A DNA stretch of 61,848 bases, filler included. It is 4 parts of 4 records of this genome, joined end to end, with 100 filler letters (N's around TTAATTAATTAA, not from the genome) between each part and the next. Parts side by side here need not be neighbours in the genome. Positions count along the whole stretch, not along the records: positions 1 to 14,914 come from SRR20825006_578; 3 more parts are not named here. One strand, 5' to 3'. This document shows positions 1 to 10,226 of this stretch, piece by piece. The notes beneath the pieces were generated by a model. The model saw nothing but the letters and a program-made list of their open reading frames with translations. It did no database searches and was not told where the DNA came from. Made by a program: the position numbers and the translations under genes. The stretch's first letter is position 1; every line of letters begins with the position of its first letter.

Positions 1-51
1 TTAAGTCGTGTCTCAACTTAAATCCGAAACACTTTAAAGGCTAAACGACCT

Positions 52-249
52 TCATTTTGTTAGGATCAATTTTTGCGCGCGCGTGATCCGCAGGGTGTAG
101 ATTTGGCCATCAAGGATGATTTGCCGGGTTGAGCCGTCTGAAATCAAACTGCGGGCATCAATTGGGGGAAGCTGGGTCTCCGCAGCTTCCATCTTCGTTA
201 CATGTAGGGTCATTGGCTTGCCTTTTGTCATGTCCGTATTCCAGGCCAA
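52..249 (-). CDS. hemP: Hemin uptake protein HemP (true start may be a downstream Met)
   Basis: C-terminal IILDGQIYTLRITRAQKLILTK matches the HemP/HmuP signature YxLRxTxxxKLILTK. Confidence 0.9.
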   Translation of the reverse strand: MAWNTDMTKGKPMTLHVTKMEAAETQLPPIDARSLISDGSTRQIILDGQIYTLRITRAQKLILTK

Positions 250-390
250 GGGCCTGTCGCCCCTCTGTGGGAAGCGGATGGTGTGTCAGTAATTGAAACA
301 CCAAGACTGGCTGGGCTTTGCGCCATGGCGTGCCATTGGATGTCGCGGTTCAAGGCGCCGGACGGCGCGATCTCTAGGAAGATAAATTAA

Positions 391-412
391 CCTTAGTCTT
401 TTTGTCAACTTA
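391..412 (-). promoter_or_regulatory. Possible iron-responsive operator/promoter upstream of hemP
   Basis: Minus strand TAAGTTGACAAAAAGACTAAGG contains TTGACA; a similar motif TAAGTTGAGACACGACTTAA lies at 1-20; resembles Rhodobacteraceae IscR-type iron boxes (inference). Confidence 0.35.
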
Positions 413-537
413 TGGATGCAAAATTTTAGACTCCAACATATGTGCAGAAAAGACACGCGACATACCTTTGGTCTTCAGGGAGACTACACCAATATGGCCG
501 AAAATCAGGGAATCTGTACGAACCGGGAAAGTTAGAT

Positions 538-553
538 TTGACAAAACTGTCAA
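538..553 (+). promoter_or_regulatory. Perfect palindrome TTGACA-AAAC-TGTCAA overlapping a -35 hexamer; probable operator of the RND operon
   Basis: Seen directly, about 45 bp upstream of the first efflux gene; a TetR gene ends the operon. Confidence 0.6.
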
Positions 554-599
554 TTCGGCTAAATGAGAGGCTTAGCTTTTCGATATGTCAGGGATATTC

Positions 600-1655
600 A
601 TGAAAGTTCCAACGCTCTTGGGTCTGATCTGGCTCATCCTAACCCCGACGCACATTTTGGCCGAAGTGCCTTTGGCGGTCGAAATTATTTCCGCCAAAAG
701 CGCAACAGTCGTTCACGAGATCAAGGTTGTTGGCTCTGTCGAGGCGAAAGACAGCTTTCCGGCCGCCTTTCGCAGAGGCGGTCAGATCGACTATCTGGAT
801 GCCGAGGTCGGGCGCCAATTGAGAGCCGGCGAGGTGATTGCACGCATTGATGCGACCAATATTTCCGCTGCACTTGATGCGGCCCGGGCCAATTTGAATG
901 CTGCCGAAGCCGCATGGGTTCAGGCCGAACAAGCCCGCGCCCGAATGGATACGCTTTTGGCGCGCGGCGTGGGCACGCAGGCGCAATATGATGAGGCGCA
1001 GCAGGCCTTTCTGGCGGCGCAGGCCAGTCGAGATCAGGCCCGCGCCATGTTGGAAACCGCCGAACAAGCGCTTGACGATACAGAGATTCGTGCCGAAGAG
1101 GACGTGACCGTGATCGAAAAATATGTCGATCTGGGCGAGATCGTTTCCGCCGGGGCTCCTGTTGCCACCCTCGCGTTGAAGGGCAAAAAACAAGCGGTGT
1201 TTTTGGCCCCGGATGCGGCAGGGCTGTCGAAAATTCTCAACCATGAGGTCGAGCTTGATCCCAGTGGTGCGGATGCGCCGTTCACATCGACGATCACCGA
1301 AGTCTTGCCGGTTTTGACCTCCACCGGAACAGTTGAAATTCATGCGGATATTCCCGAAGAGATGTCGACGCAGATCCCGATCGGCACGTCGATCTCAGGC
1401 CGCTCCACGATCGAAATCGACCAACGCATTGTTCTGCCATGGAGCGCGTTGACGTCGGATTCCAAAGGCCCGGCCGTCTGGGTGGTCGATCCTGCGACCT
1501 CCACCGTGTCACTCAAATCTGTGCGCGTGGGCTCTTATAACGATAAGACCGTTGAACTCACGGAAGGCCTTGTCGAGGGTGATCTTGTGGTCGGGGCCGG
1601 ATCACAAATGCTGTTCGACGGCCGCCCGGTGGTCGCAGGGGAGACGATGCAATGA
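600..1655 (+). CDS. RND efflux periplasmic adaptor (MFP) 1; alternative start 585
   Basis: N-terminal hydrophobic segment, lipoyl-like GQI..L.AEVG and alpha-hairpin, C-terminal GLVEGDLVV. Confidence 0.9.
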   Translation: MKVPTLLGLIWLILTPTHILAEVPLAVEIISAKSATVVHEIKVVGSVEAKDSFPAAFRRGGQIDYLDAEVGRQLRAGEVIARIDATNISAALDAARANLNAAEAAWVQAEQARARMDTLLARGVGTQAQYDEAQQAFLAAQASRDQARAMLETAEQALDDTEIRAEEDVTVIEKYVDLGEIVSAGAPVATLALKGKKQAVFLAPDAAGLSKILNHEVELDPSGADAPFTSTITEVLPVLTSTGTVEIHADIPEEMSTQIPIGTSISGRSTIEIDQRIVLPWSALTSDSKGPAVWVVDPATSTVSLKSVRVGSYNDKTVELTEGLVEGDLVVGAGSQMLFDGRPVVAGETMQ

Positions 1656-2725
1656 TCAAACCGATGCGGCTCTTGGCTGTGATGCTTGTTTTTTCGGGTC
1701 TGGGACAAATGGGGCTGGCTCAGTCCGATATGGGTGAAACTCCGGCGCTGCGCCCGGTGATTTCCGAATTCGTGTCAACCGACCCGGTGGTCAAACGTCA
1801 ATACTCCGGGGTGATCCGGGGCCAGGATGTGACCGCTTTGGCGTTCCAAACCAGCGGCCGTTTGGCGACGCTCAATGTGGCCGCCGGGGATCGCGTGACC
1901 AAAGGGCAGGTGCTTGCAACCCTTGATCAAATCACATTGGCGCAAGATGTCGCCGTGGCCGAAGCCGCTGTGTCGGGGGTCCAAGCGCAGGCCGAATTTG
2001 CGCAGACCCAATATGAACGTGTTTCGGCGCTGGTGGCGCGCAATGTGGCCACCACCGCCCAACTCGAAGCGGCGCGCGCCAATCGCGATGCCACGGCGGC
2101 CAAACTCGAAAGCGTGCGTGCCGATCTGGCCCAAACCACGGAGGCGGCCCGCTATGGTAGCCTTGTCGCGCCACGGGATGGGATTGTCCTGTCCACCTCA
2201 GTCGATCCCGGCACGCTTGTTAGCCCCGGCGTGAGTGTGATGGAGATTGCCGATCCTTTGGGGCGCGAGGCGATCATTGATGTGCCCGCCTCTGTCGCCG
2301 CGATCATGCCGGAAGGCGCGGGATTCGTGGTGCGTCACCGTTCGGGTGGTGTTGCCCCGGTGATGGCGCGGCTGAGTGTGATTGAACCCGTTGCCGACAC
2401 AAGTCTGGAGACCCGTAGATTGCGGCTTATGCTGATTGCGCCGCCTGAGGATTACCGTATCGGCACCTTGATCACGGCGGCCTATAATCGTGGTGCGGCC
2501 CCTGCGATGACCCTGCCCATCAGCGCCATTGCGGGCACGCAAGACAGCCCTGGCGTTTGGCGCGTCACGCCGGATCGTATGGTGACATTTGTGCCGGTGA
2601 CGCTGGGCGCCATTGTGGGAGACCGGGTGGTGATTTCCGCAGGGCTTTCTGAGAATGATGAAATCGTCGTGCGCGGAGTACACGCACTTGAAGACGGACA
2701 AAAAGTTGGGGAGCGGCTCGAATGA
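1652..2725 (+). CDS. RND efflux periplasmic adaptor (MFP) 2
   Basis: LAFQTSGRL...V.AGDRV.KGQVLATLD and LVAPRDGIV motifs; ATGA overlap with MFP1. Confidence 0.9.
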   Translation: MIKPMRLLAVMLVFSGLGQMGLAQSDMGETPALRPVISEFVSTDPVVKRQYSGVIRGQDVTALAFQTSGRLATLNVAAGDRVTKGQVLATLDQITLAQDVAVAEAAVSGVQAQAEFAQTQYERVSALVARNVATTAQLEAARANRDATAAKLESVRADLAQTTEAARYGSLVAPRDGIVLSTSVDPGTLVSPGVSVMEIADPLGREAIIDVPASVAAIMPEGAGFVVRHRSGGVAPVMARLSVIEPVADTSLETRRLRLMLIAPPEDYRIGTLITAAYNRGAAPAMTLPISAIAGTQDSPGVWRVTPDRMVTFVPVTLGAIVGDRVVISAGLSENDEIVVRGVHALEDGQKVGERLE

Positions 2726-5700
2726 AGGGGTTCAACCTATCGGATTGGGCACTGGGGCACCGCTCCTTTATCTGGTTCATGATGATCATTGCTGTGGTCG
2801 CCGGATCGCTCAGCTACATGAGGCTTGGGCGCGAAGAGGACCCGTCGTTCACCATCCGCACCATGGTGGTGACTGCGAGTTTGCCGGGGGCCACCGCCGA
2901 GGAAACCGTGACGCAGGTGACCGATCGCATTGAACGCAAACTGCAAGAACTCGCGACCCTCGATGGTACGCGCTCGGTGACCTATCCGGGGATCGCATTG
3001 GTCTATGTTGATTTGCGCGACAATGTTCCCGCCTCCGAAGTGCGCCCGTCCTGGACGCGTGTACGGCAAATGATGTCGGATATCCGAAGCCAGTTCCCTC
3101 AGGAGTTTCAAGGCTTTGCCTATGATGATGACTTTGGGGATGTGTTTGGGACGGTCTATGCCTTTACCTCGGATGGCTATGCGCCCGAGGAGGTCAAAGA
3201 TTATGTCGAAGACGTCCGCGATGTGGTTCAAAGTCTTGATGATGCTGGCAAAGTCGAAGTGTTTGGCACTCGTGATCAGGTCATCCATATCGAATTTTCT
3301 GCCCGTCGTTTGGCCGCTTTCGGCCTCGATGGGCAAACCGTTTTGGGCTCTCTTGCGGCGCAAAACCAGATCGTTCCATCGGGGATGATCAGCACCGACG
3401 ATGAAAACATTTTGCTGCGGGTTACCGGGCAATTCGACAGTGTAGACGCCCTCGCCAATGCGCCGCTGCGCTCGGGCGATATTTTTTTCACGCTGGCCGA
3501 TGTGGCCAATGTGACCTCGGGCTACGATGATCCGCCGTCCGAATTGTTTCGTTACAATGGCGCGCCCGCAATCGGTCTGAAAATCGGGATGCGCGAAGGC
3601 GGCAATGTGCTCGATTTTGGTGCGGCTTTGGATGAGACCATGGCAGAACTCACCACGACATTGCCAGTGGGTATCAATGTCCACCATGTCGCCGACCAGC
3701 CGAAAGTGGTTGAGGAGTCGGTGGGCCATTTCGTGAAGGCGCTGATCGAGGCGGTGGTGATCGTGCTTGCCGTGAGCTTCGTGTCTCTCGGTGTGCGCGC
3801 GGGGTTTGTCGTCAGCCTGACGATCCCCTTGGTGTTGGCCCTGACCTTTGTGTTCATGGAGGTTTTGGGCATCACGCTTCAGCGGATTTCGCTGGGCGCT
3901 TTGATCATCGCGCTGGGCCTTTTGGTGGATGACGCCATGATCGCGATTGAAACGATGATCTCGCGTCTCGAACTGGGTGAAAGCCGTCACAAGGCGGCTG
4001 CCTATGCCTGGACATCGATCGCTTGGCCGATGTTGACGGGCACGTTAATCACCACCGCTGGTTTTATCCCCATCGGTCTCAACAGCAGTAATGCCGGTGA
4101 ATACACCATCACCTTGTTCTATGTGATTGCCATTTCGTTGGTGCTGAGCTGGATTGTCGCCGTGTTGTTTGCGCCCGTGTTGGGGGCAACCTTTTTGCCG
4201 AAACAGTGGAAACATGTACACGGCGAACCGGGATGGTTGCGGCGTCGGTTCCATCATTTGTTGCGGCTTGCGATGCGGTTCCGCCTTTTGACGGTGGTCA
4301 TTACATTTGCGGCTTTCGCACTGGCTGTGATCGGTATGAGCAAGGTCGAACAACAGTTTTTCCCAAGTTCGGATCGCCCGGAGGTTTTGATCGATGTGAC
4401 GCTGCGCCAAAACGCCAGTATTTATGCAACCGATACGGAGATTGCGCAGTTTGAAACATGGCTGAGCGCTCAGGACGAGGTTACATTTTGGACGACCTAT
4501 ATCGGCAACGGTGCGCCTAGGGTTGTGTTGACCTTGGAGGCGCTGACGCCGGGGCCGAACATTGGTCAGCTCTTGATCCTGACGACCGACCTTGAGGCGC
4601 GTGATCGCCTTTTGGCGAAAGTACGGGCCTATTCCGAGGCCCGGCTTGGCGTCGAATTCTATCCCAAAACCTTTGAGCTTGGGCCGCCAGTTGGCAAGCC
4701 CGTGCAATACCGGATTTCCGGTCCTGATTACGCTGAATTGCGTGACCACGCGCGTGAACTGGCTGCGGTTTTGTCGAAAGAGGAGCGGTTGAGCGCGATT
4801 TCACTCGATTGGAATGAGCCCTCTCGGGTGGTCCGTGTCGATCTGGATCAGGCGCGGTTGCGGCAACTTGGGTTGACCCAATCGGATGTGGCGGGGGTGA
4901 TGTCGAGCCTGTTTGAAGGCTCCACCGTGACTCAAATTCGCGATGCGCGCACATTGATTGATGTTGAAATTCGCGGCGCCGAGGAGGATCGCAAAACCTT
5001 GACGGCCTTGGAAAACCTGCAATTTGCCAATGCGCAGGGTGTGTCCATTCCACTGTCCTCGATTGCGACATTGGATTGGGTGACCGAACAGCCGCTGATC
5101 CGGCAAGAGGACCGCGCGCCTGTGATCACCGTGAAAGCGGCGATTGGGTCGGATGACTTGCCCGCAACCTTGGTCAATGCGCTCAAACCGGCGATTGCCA
5201 GCTTTGAACAAACCCTGCCGCGTGGCTATACTGTCGAGGTCGGGGGCACGGTGGAAAGCAGCGCCGAAAGTCAGGGTCCAATTGCCGCCGTCATGCCGAT
5301 TATGGTGTTGATCATGCTGACGCTGACAATGATTCAGGTCCAAAGTTTCCGCCTGATGTTTGTCGTCATTGCGGTGGCGCCATTGGGCCTGATCGGCGTT
5401 GTTGCGGCACTTTTGAGTGCCAGTGCGCCAATGGGGTTTGTCGCCCTGCTTGGGGTGCTCGCCCTCGTCGGCATTTTGATCCGAAATTCGATCATCCTCA
5501 TTCAAGCCATCGAAGATTTACGCCGCGAAGGCAAATCGCGTTGGAACGCCGTGTTTGAGGCCTCCGACAGCCGGGCGCGTCCGATCCTGTTGACCGCAGC
5601 GGCGGCCTCTTTGGCCTTGATCCCGATTTCGCGTCAGGTGTTTTGGGGCCCGATGGCCTTTGCGATGATGGGCGGCATTATCGCCGGGACATTGATCACA

Positions 5701-5769
5701 TTGCTCTTCGCGCCGGCGCTCTATTGTCTTGTGTTCCGGGTCAAACCGGAGGCGAAGGAGGCGACGTGA
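2722..5769 (+). CDS. RND permease (AcrB family, MexK/TriC-like)
   Basis: 1015 aa; LGREEDPSFTI, GLLVDDAMI proton-relay motif, RARPILLT. Confidence 0.95.
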   Translation: MKGFNLSDWALGHRSFIWFMMIIAVVAGSLSYMRLGREEDPSFTIRTMVVTASLPGATAEETVTQVTDRIERKLQELATLDGTRSVTYPGIALVYVDLRDNVPASEVRPSWTRVRQMMSDIRSQFPQEFQGFAYDDDFGDVFGTVYAFTSDGYAPEEVKDYVEDVRDVVQSLDDAGKVEVFGTRDQVIHIEFSARRLAAFGLDGQTVLGSLAAQNQIVPSGMISTDDENILLRVTGQFDSVDALANAPLRSGDIFFTLADVANVTSGYDDPPSELFRYNGAPAIGLKIGMREGGNVLDFGAALDETMAELTTTLPVGINVHHVADQPKVVEESVGHFVKALIEAVVIVLAVSFVSLGVRAGFVVSLTIPLVLALTFVFMEVLGITLQRISLGALIIALGLLVDDAMIAIETMISRLELGESRHKAAAYAWTSIAWPMLTGTLITTAGFIPIGLNSSNAGEYTITLFYVIAISLVLSWIVAVLFAPVLGATFLPKQWKHVHGEPGWLRRRFHHLLRLAMRFRLLTVVITFAAFALAVIGMSKVEQQFFPSSDRPEVLIDVTLRQNASIYATDTEIAQFETWLSAQDEVTFWTTYIGNGAPRVVLTLEALTPGPNIGQLLILTTDLEARDRLLAKVRAYSEARLGVEFYPKTFELGPPVGKPVQYRISGPDYAELRDHARELAAVLSKEERLSAISLDWNEPSRVVRVDLDQARLRQLGLTQSDVAGVMSSLFEGSTVTQIRDARTLIDVEIRGAEEDRKTLTALENLQFANAQGVSIPLSSIATLDWVTEQPLIRQEDRAPVITVKAAIGSDDLPATLVNALKPAIASFEQTLPRGYTVEVGGTVESSAESQGPIAAVMPIMVLIMLTLTMIQVQSFRLMFVVIAVAPLGLIGVVAALLSASAPMGFVALLGVLALVGILIRNSIILIQAIEDLRREGKSRWNAVFEASDSRARPILLTAAAASLALIPISRQVFWGPMAFAMMGGIIAGTLITLLFAPALYCLVFRVKPEAKEAT

Positions 5770-6464
5770 CCGAAGAGATCCGTCAAACAGAACCCGTCGA
5801 TTACCGTACCCGGATCGGACAGGAGCGCCGTCAGCGCACCTATGATCGTCTGGTCGAAGCGGGCACCATGGTCTTTGCCGACCGTGGGGTGAATGGCACG
5901 GTGATTGATCATGTCGTGCGCCGCGCGGGTGTGTCGCGCGGCACGTTTTACAACTATTTCGACACGATTGATGATGTCTTGGTTGCGGCCAAACGGGCCC
6001 TCGCGCGCGAAATCGTCTCGCTGATCTTCGAGGCGATTGATGAGGATTTGCCCCCGGCGGAACGGCTGGCCTATGGCGTCAAAGCCTTTGTCGAACTGGC
6101 CCGCGCGCATCCGCTTTTCCTCGAATTTACCGCGCGGATTGGTCGGCATGCCTATGGGTTTGGTCAGGTCTTGGATGAGGTCGCGCCCTGTTTCGTGCGC
6201 GACTCAATCATGGCGGGTGACTTTTGCCCGATGCCGGAAGAGATGGTGACCGACCTCTTGGAGGTCGGCACGCTCGCGCTTTTGCGCCGGATCGTGGCGG
6301 GTGAAGACGTCAATGTTCCGGCCTTTGTCGCCGCGATTTTGCGCATGTTGGGGGTCGCGCAGGAAGAGGCCACGCGCATTGCGGCGCTTCCGGTGGTTTG
6401 TCCCGTGGTGCCGAGTGAGGCGCTTTTGGCGCAAAGCAACGCCGCGTGGATCAAATCACACTGA
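5766..6464 (+). CDS. TetR/AcrR family regulator
   Basis: HTH motif VVRRAGVSRGTFYNYF; GTG start overlapping the RND stop (GTGA). Confidence 0.9.
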   Translation: MTEEIRQTEPVDYRTRIGQERRQRTYDRLVEAGTMVFADRGVNGTVIDHVVRRAGVSRGTFYNYFDTIDDVLVAAKRALAREIVSLIFEAIDEDLPPAERLAYGVKAFVELARAHPLFLEFTARIGRHAYGFGQVLDEVAPCFVRDSIMAGDFCPMPEEMVTDLLEVGTLALLRRIVAGEDVNVPAFVAAILRMLGVAQEEATRIAALPVVCPVVPSEALLAQSNAAWIKSH

Positions 6465-7112
6465 GCTTTGATCCACCACCAATGCCTGCGCCAAAAGCGT
6501 GGCCGCCCGGACTCCGTCGATCAGAACCACGCCTGAGCGTTTCGTCAATGTGCCGTGATGCGCGGACATGCCCGCGCATCCCAAAATCACCGTCTGCGCC
6601 CCGCGCGCGCCCATGGCTTTGATCTCGGTTGTAAGGTGATCCAAGACGGCAGGGCGGCCCTCTTCGACGTCTAAAACCGCAATGCCACTGGCCGAAACCG
6701 CGAGGCAGGCGGCCTCAAACCCATGACGGCGGATATTGCCCTCAATCACCGGGACAGAGACGCCAAGGGTCGTCACCACGCCGTAGCTTTGGCCTTTGAG
6801 CAGGGCAAAATGATAGGCCGCTTCGCCGATCCCGATCACCGGACAATGCGCCGCCGCGCGCAGGGCCTCCAATCCCGTGTCATCGAAACAGGCGATGACG
6901 ATGGCTTCAACACCCTCGTCGCGCGCTTTCGGCAACACTGCCATTAGGCCAGGGATCGCCGCCGCACCATCTTCAGGACCTTGAATGGCGGGCGGGCCGT
7001 CGGCATTGGTCCAGCCTAAAATCTCCGCCTCAGGCAAAAGCGCGCGCGCGGTCGCCACAACACTCTGCGTCATATGGGCGGAGGAGTTTGGATTGAGAAA
7101 CAGGATTTTCAC
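6456..7112 (-). CDS. Asp/Glu/hydantoin racemase family protein (allantoin/hydantoin racemase-like)
   Basis: NPNSS..MT, IACFDDTG and LGCAGM with both catalytic Cys; GTG start. Confidence 0.9.
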   Translation of the reverse strand: MKILFLNPNSSAHMTQSVVATARALLPEAEILGWTNADGPPAIQGPEDGAAAIPGLMAVLPKARDEGVEAIVIACFDDTGLEALRAAAHCPVIGIGEAAYHFALLKGQSYGVVTTLGVSVPVIEGNIRRHGFEAACLAVSASGIAVLDVEEGRPAVLDHLTTEIKAMGARGAQTVILGCAGMSAHHGTLTKRSGVVLIDGVRAATLLAQALVVDQSSV

Positions 7113-7113
7113 C

Positions 7114-7950
7114 TCAGACCCCTTTGCCCGCATCGGACCCAAGCCGCGCGCGGCGTTTGCCCAAAACCCACACGGTCAAAAGAAACGCGCCGATGATCAA
7201 AAGCGAAAACAGCGTGGTCATGGTGCCAAGCGCGTAGATCACCGGCGTGGTCACATTGGTGGTCATGCCGAAGATTTCCAGCGGCAGCGTGTTGTACGAT
7301 CCTGCCGTCAACAAGGTGCGGGCGAATTCGTCATAGGACAGGGTAAACCCAAACAGGCCTACGCCAATGAGCGAGGGCGCAATGATCGGCAAAACCACAT
7401 AGCGCACCGTTTGCCACGGCGAGGCGCCTTGGTCGCGCGCCGCCTCCTCAAAGGATTTGTCAAAGCGGTTGAACACGGCAAACATGATCAGCAAACCAAA
7501 GGGCAGCGTCCATGTCAGCTGTGAGCCGAAACCCGAGGTGGCCCAATGGATTTTAAACCCAAGCTGGCTAAAGATCAGACCGACGCCAAGCGAGATCAGG
7601 ATCGACGGGATCACCAGCGAGGCGATGATCAGGTAAAACAAGATGCCCGAACCATAGAACCGTTTGCGAAAGGCAAAGCCGCCCATGACCGACACCACGA
7701 CGGTCGTCACCATGACCATCAGCCCAAGCGCGAGAGAGCGTCGGAAAGCGCCCCAAATATCGCCCACCGCCTGTTGTTCAAACAGGTCGCGGAACCAATG
7801 CAGTGACACGCCGCGCATTGGAAAGGTCAATCCCCCGGTCGGCCCCTGAAACGACAGGATGCCAATGGTCAGGGTCGGACCGTAGAGGAACAGGATGAAC
7901 AGGGCAAAGACCGCGCTGAGGACGTAGAAGGAACCGGGACGTTTTTCCAT
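7114..7950 (-). CDS. ABC transporter permease (PotC-like)
   Basis: Hydrophobic; EAA loop EEAARDQGA; FTLSYDEF. Confidence 0.9.
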   Translation of the reverse strand: MEKRPGSFYVLSAVFALFILFLYGPTLTIGILSFQGPTGGLTFPMRGVSLHWFRDLFEQQAVGDIWGAFRRSLALGLMVMVTTVVVSVMGGFAFRKRFYGSGILFYLIIASLVIPSILISLGVGLIFSQLGFKIHWATSGFGSQLTWTLPFGLLIMFAVFNRFDKSFEEAARDQGASPWQTVRYVVLPIIAPSLIGVGLFGFTLSYDEFARTLLTAGSYNTLPLEIFGMTTNVTTPVIYALGTMTTLFSLLIIGAFLLTVWVLGKRRARLGSDAGKGV

Positions 7951-7952
7951 GA

Positions 7953-8807
7953 TCAAAGCTCCTTGCGAATATCGACAAAGCGCAACAGGATGCCGATCAC
8001 GATCAACACGGTGATCAACAGGATCACGGCGGTGGCGGCGGCGGAGGGGTATTGCAACAGGGCGATGTCATTGGAAATCAGCCGTCCGACATTGGCCTTT
8101 TGCGACCCTGACATGAAGCGCACGGTGATGAAATCGCCCATCACGAGCGTGAGCACAAAGATCGTGCCAATCATGATTCCCGGCTTGGTCAGCGGTACAA
8201 TCACATGCCGCAGCGTTTGAAATCCGCTCGCACCATTGTCCCGCGCCGCCTCGATCAAGCTGTGGTCAATCCGTGTCATCGTGTTGAAAATCGGCACGAC
8301 CATGAACAGGGTGTAGAGATGGACAAAGGCCAGGATCACCGAGAAATCCGAATATAAAAGCCACTCCAGCGGCTGATCAATCACACCCCAGGATTGCAGT
8401 GCAGAATTGGCAATGCCGTTGCGGCCAAGGAACGGAATCCAAGAGATCATGCGGATGATATTCGAGGTCCAGAACGGGATCGTGCAGAGCAAAAACAGCG
8501 CGATCTGCATGGTCTGGCTGCGGATGTGAAAGGCCAGATAATAGGCGACGGTAAAGCCGATCAAAAGTGTGAGCGCCCATGTGATCGCCGCATATTTCAA
8601 TGTGGCGTAAAACACTTTGTAGGTGACCGATGAGCCAAACAGGAATTCGTAATTTTCTAAAGAGAAGTCGGGGATGATCGAAAACTCGGTGGCGCGCCAA
8701 AAGCTGACCACCACGATGGTGAGGATCGGCAAGATCAGGAATCCAATAAGGACAAGCGTCAGGGGAGAGGCCTGTAGCCATCCTTGGATGTGACGGTTTT
8801 TCAACAT
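7953..8807 (-). CDS. ABC transporter permease (PotB-like)
   Basis: PFWTSNIIR; EAA loop IEAARDNGA. Confidence 0.9.
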   Translation of the reverse strand: MLKNRHIQGWLQASPLTLVLIGFLILPILTIVVVSFWRATEFSIIPDFSLENYEFLFGSSVTYKVFYATLKYAAITWALTLLIGFTVAYYLAFHIRSQTMQIALFLLCTIPFWTSNIIRMISWIPFLGRNGIANSALQSWGVIDQPLEWLLYSDFSVILAFVHLYTLFMVVPIFNTMTRIDHSLIEAARDNGASGFQTLRHVIVPLTKPGIMIGTIFVLTLVMGDFITVRFMSGSQKANVGRLISNDIALLQYPSAAATAVILLITVLIVIGILLRFVDIRKEL

Positions 8808-8841
8808 CTGTCCTCACTTAACACCGGGCCCGGCCCGCGCG

Positions 8842-8917
8842 TTTCTTTTGTCTGAAAATATCCCGGGGGAGGAAGGTGCGGCCCCGTGGGGCAGCACCGG
8901 AGGGGGCAGCGCCCCCC
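8842..8917. repeat. GC-rich intergenic REP-like element
   Basis: TTTCTTTTG...AAAATATCCCGGGGGAGG...GGGGGCAGCGCCCCC with nested hairpins between SBP and permease; resembles dispersed Rhodobacteraceae repeats from recollection; single copy here. Confidence 0.5.
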
Positions 8918-8922
8918 TCATG

Positions 8923-10188
8923 TTAGGAGGCGATGAATTCGTTCCATTTGCGGACCATGTACTGGTTCTCATCCATGACCGCGTTCCAACAGGCCACTGA
9001 GCCCATCCGATCGTAGAAAGATCCGCCATCGCGCGTCTCGCCCGCTTTCGCCAACACGTCGCCAAACGGCGAGGTGATGTCGCCCGTGGCCGGTTTGCCT
9101 TCAAACCAATAGCCCCATTCATTTTCGGACATATAGTCTTTCGAGGTTTCCGGCACGGCGGAGTAATAGCCTTGACGCATCAGGAACCCGCCGACCCAGC
9201 CATCAAGATACCAGTTGATGTATTCGTACGCCGCATCCAATTCCATGCCCGTCAGGGATTTCGAAAGCCCGATGCCGCCGCCCCAGGAGCGATAGCCCTC
9301 TTTCAGCGGCTGGTAGACACAGTCGATGCCGCGCGATTTCACTGCGGTGATCGCCGGCGACCACATGGATTGGATCACAACTTCGCCCGACGCCATCAGG
9401 TTCACCGACTCGTCAAAGGTCTTCCAAAATGCGCGGAACTGACCGGCTTTTTTGGCTTCGGTGAAGATCGCAAAGGTCTTGTCGATCTCGTCCTTGGTCA
9501 TGTTGCCTTTGTCGGCATATTTGATTTCACCCATCGCTTCACAGACCATTGCCATGTCCATGATGCCGATCGAGGAGATGTCGAGAATCGAGGCTTTGCC
9601 TTTGAATTCCGGGTTCAGAAGCTCGGCCCATGTGTCGATCGGACGACCGATCAGGTCGGGGCGGATGCCCAGTGTATCGGCATTATAGATCGTTGGGATC
9701 AGGGTCATCCAGCCGGTTTCTTCGGTGGCGAAAGCGGTTGCGCCCGGACCTTCGACAAAGCCGACGGTGGAGGGCGCGGTGCCTTGGGCGATCACGCTTT
9801 CGGGGGTCAGTTTGCCGGATTTGAAAATGCCGACGATCTTGTCGTAATTCTTGATTTTGGAGGTGTCCATGGCCTGAAGATTGCCCGTCGGCCAGACCTT
9901 TTTACAAATCCAATATTCAATATCAGCGATGTCAAAGCTGTCCGGTTGGGTCGCGGCGCGTTGGGTCACGGAATCGGAATCCAATGCGGTCATCTCAAGC
10001 GTGAAGCCCAGGTCTTCTTTCACTTTTTGCCCAACTTCATTGAGGTTGGACACGCCGGTGCCGAATTGGCGCAGGGTGATATCTTTGATTTCCTGTGCCC
10101 AGACCATGGGCGCGGGGAGGGCTGAGGCCGCGGCCGCGGCAGCCCCACTCTTAAGCACCGCGCGGCGCGAATAACGCATTTTAGACAT
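8923..10188 (-). CDS. ABC substrate-binding protein (PotD/PotF-like), Tat-exported
   Basis: Twin-arginine signal SRRAVLK, Ala-rich h-region ending VWA; operon context. Confidence 0.9.
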   Translation of the reverse strand: MSKMRYSRRAVLKSGAAAAAASALPAPMVWAQEIKDITLRQFGTGVSNLNEVGQKVKEDLGFTLEMTALDSDSVTQRAATQPDSFDIADIEYWICKKVWPTGNLQAMDTSKIKNYDKIVGIFKSGKLTPESVIAQGTAPSTVGFVEGPGATAFATEETGWMTLIPTIYNADTLGIRPDLIGRPIDTWAELLNPEFKGKASILDISSIGIMDMAMVCEAMGEIKYADKGNMTKDEIDKTFAIFTEAKKAGQFRAFWKTFDESVNLMASGEVVIQSMWSPAITAVKSRGIDCVYQPLKEGYRSWGGGIGLSKSLTGMELDAAYEYINWYLDGWVGGFLMRQGYYSAVPETSKDYMSENEWGYWFEGKPATGDITSPFGDVLAKAGETRDGGSFYDRMGSVACWNAVMDENQYMVRKWNEFIAS

Positions 10189-10226
10189 GACAATCTTCCC
10201 TTGTTGCAGAGGTTTTGGAGGAGAGG

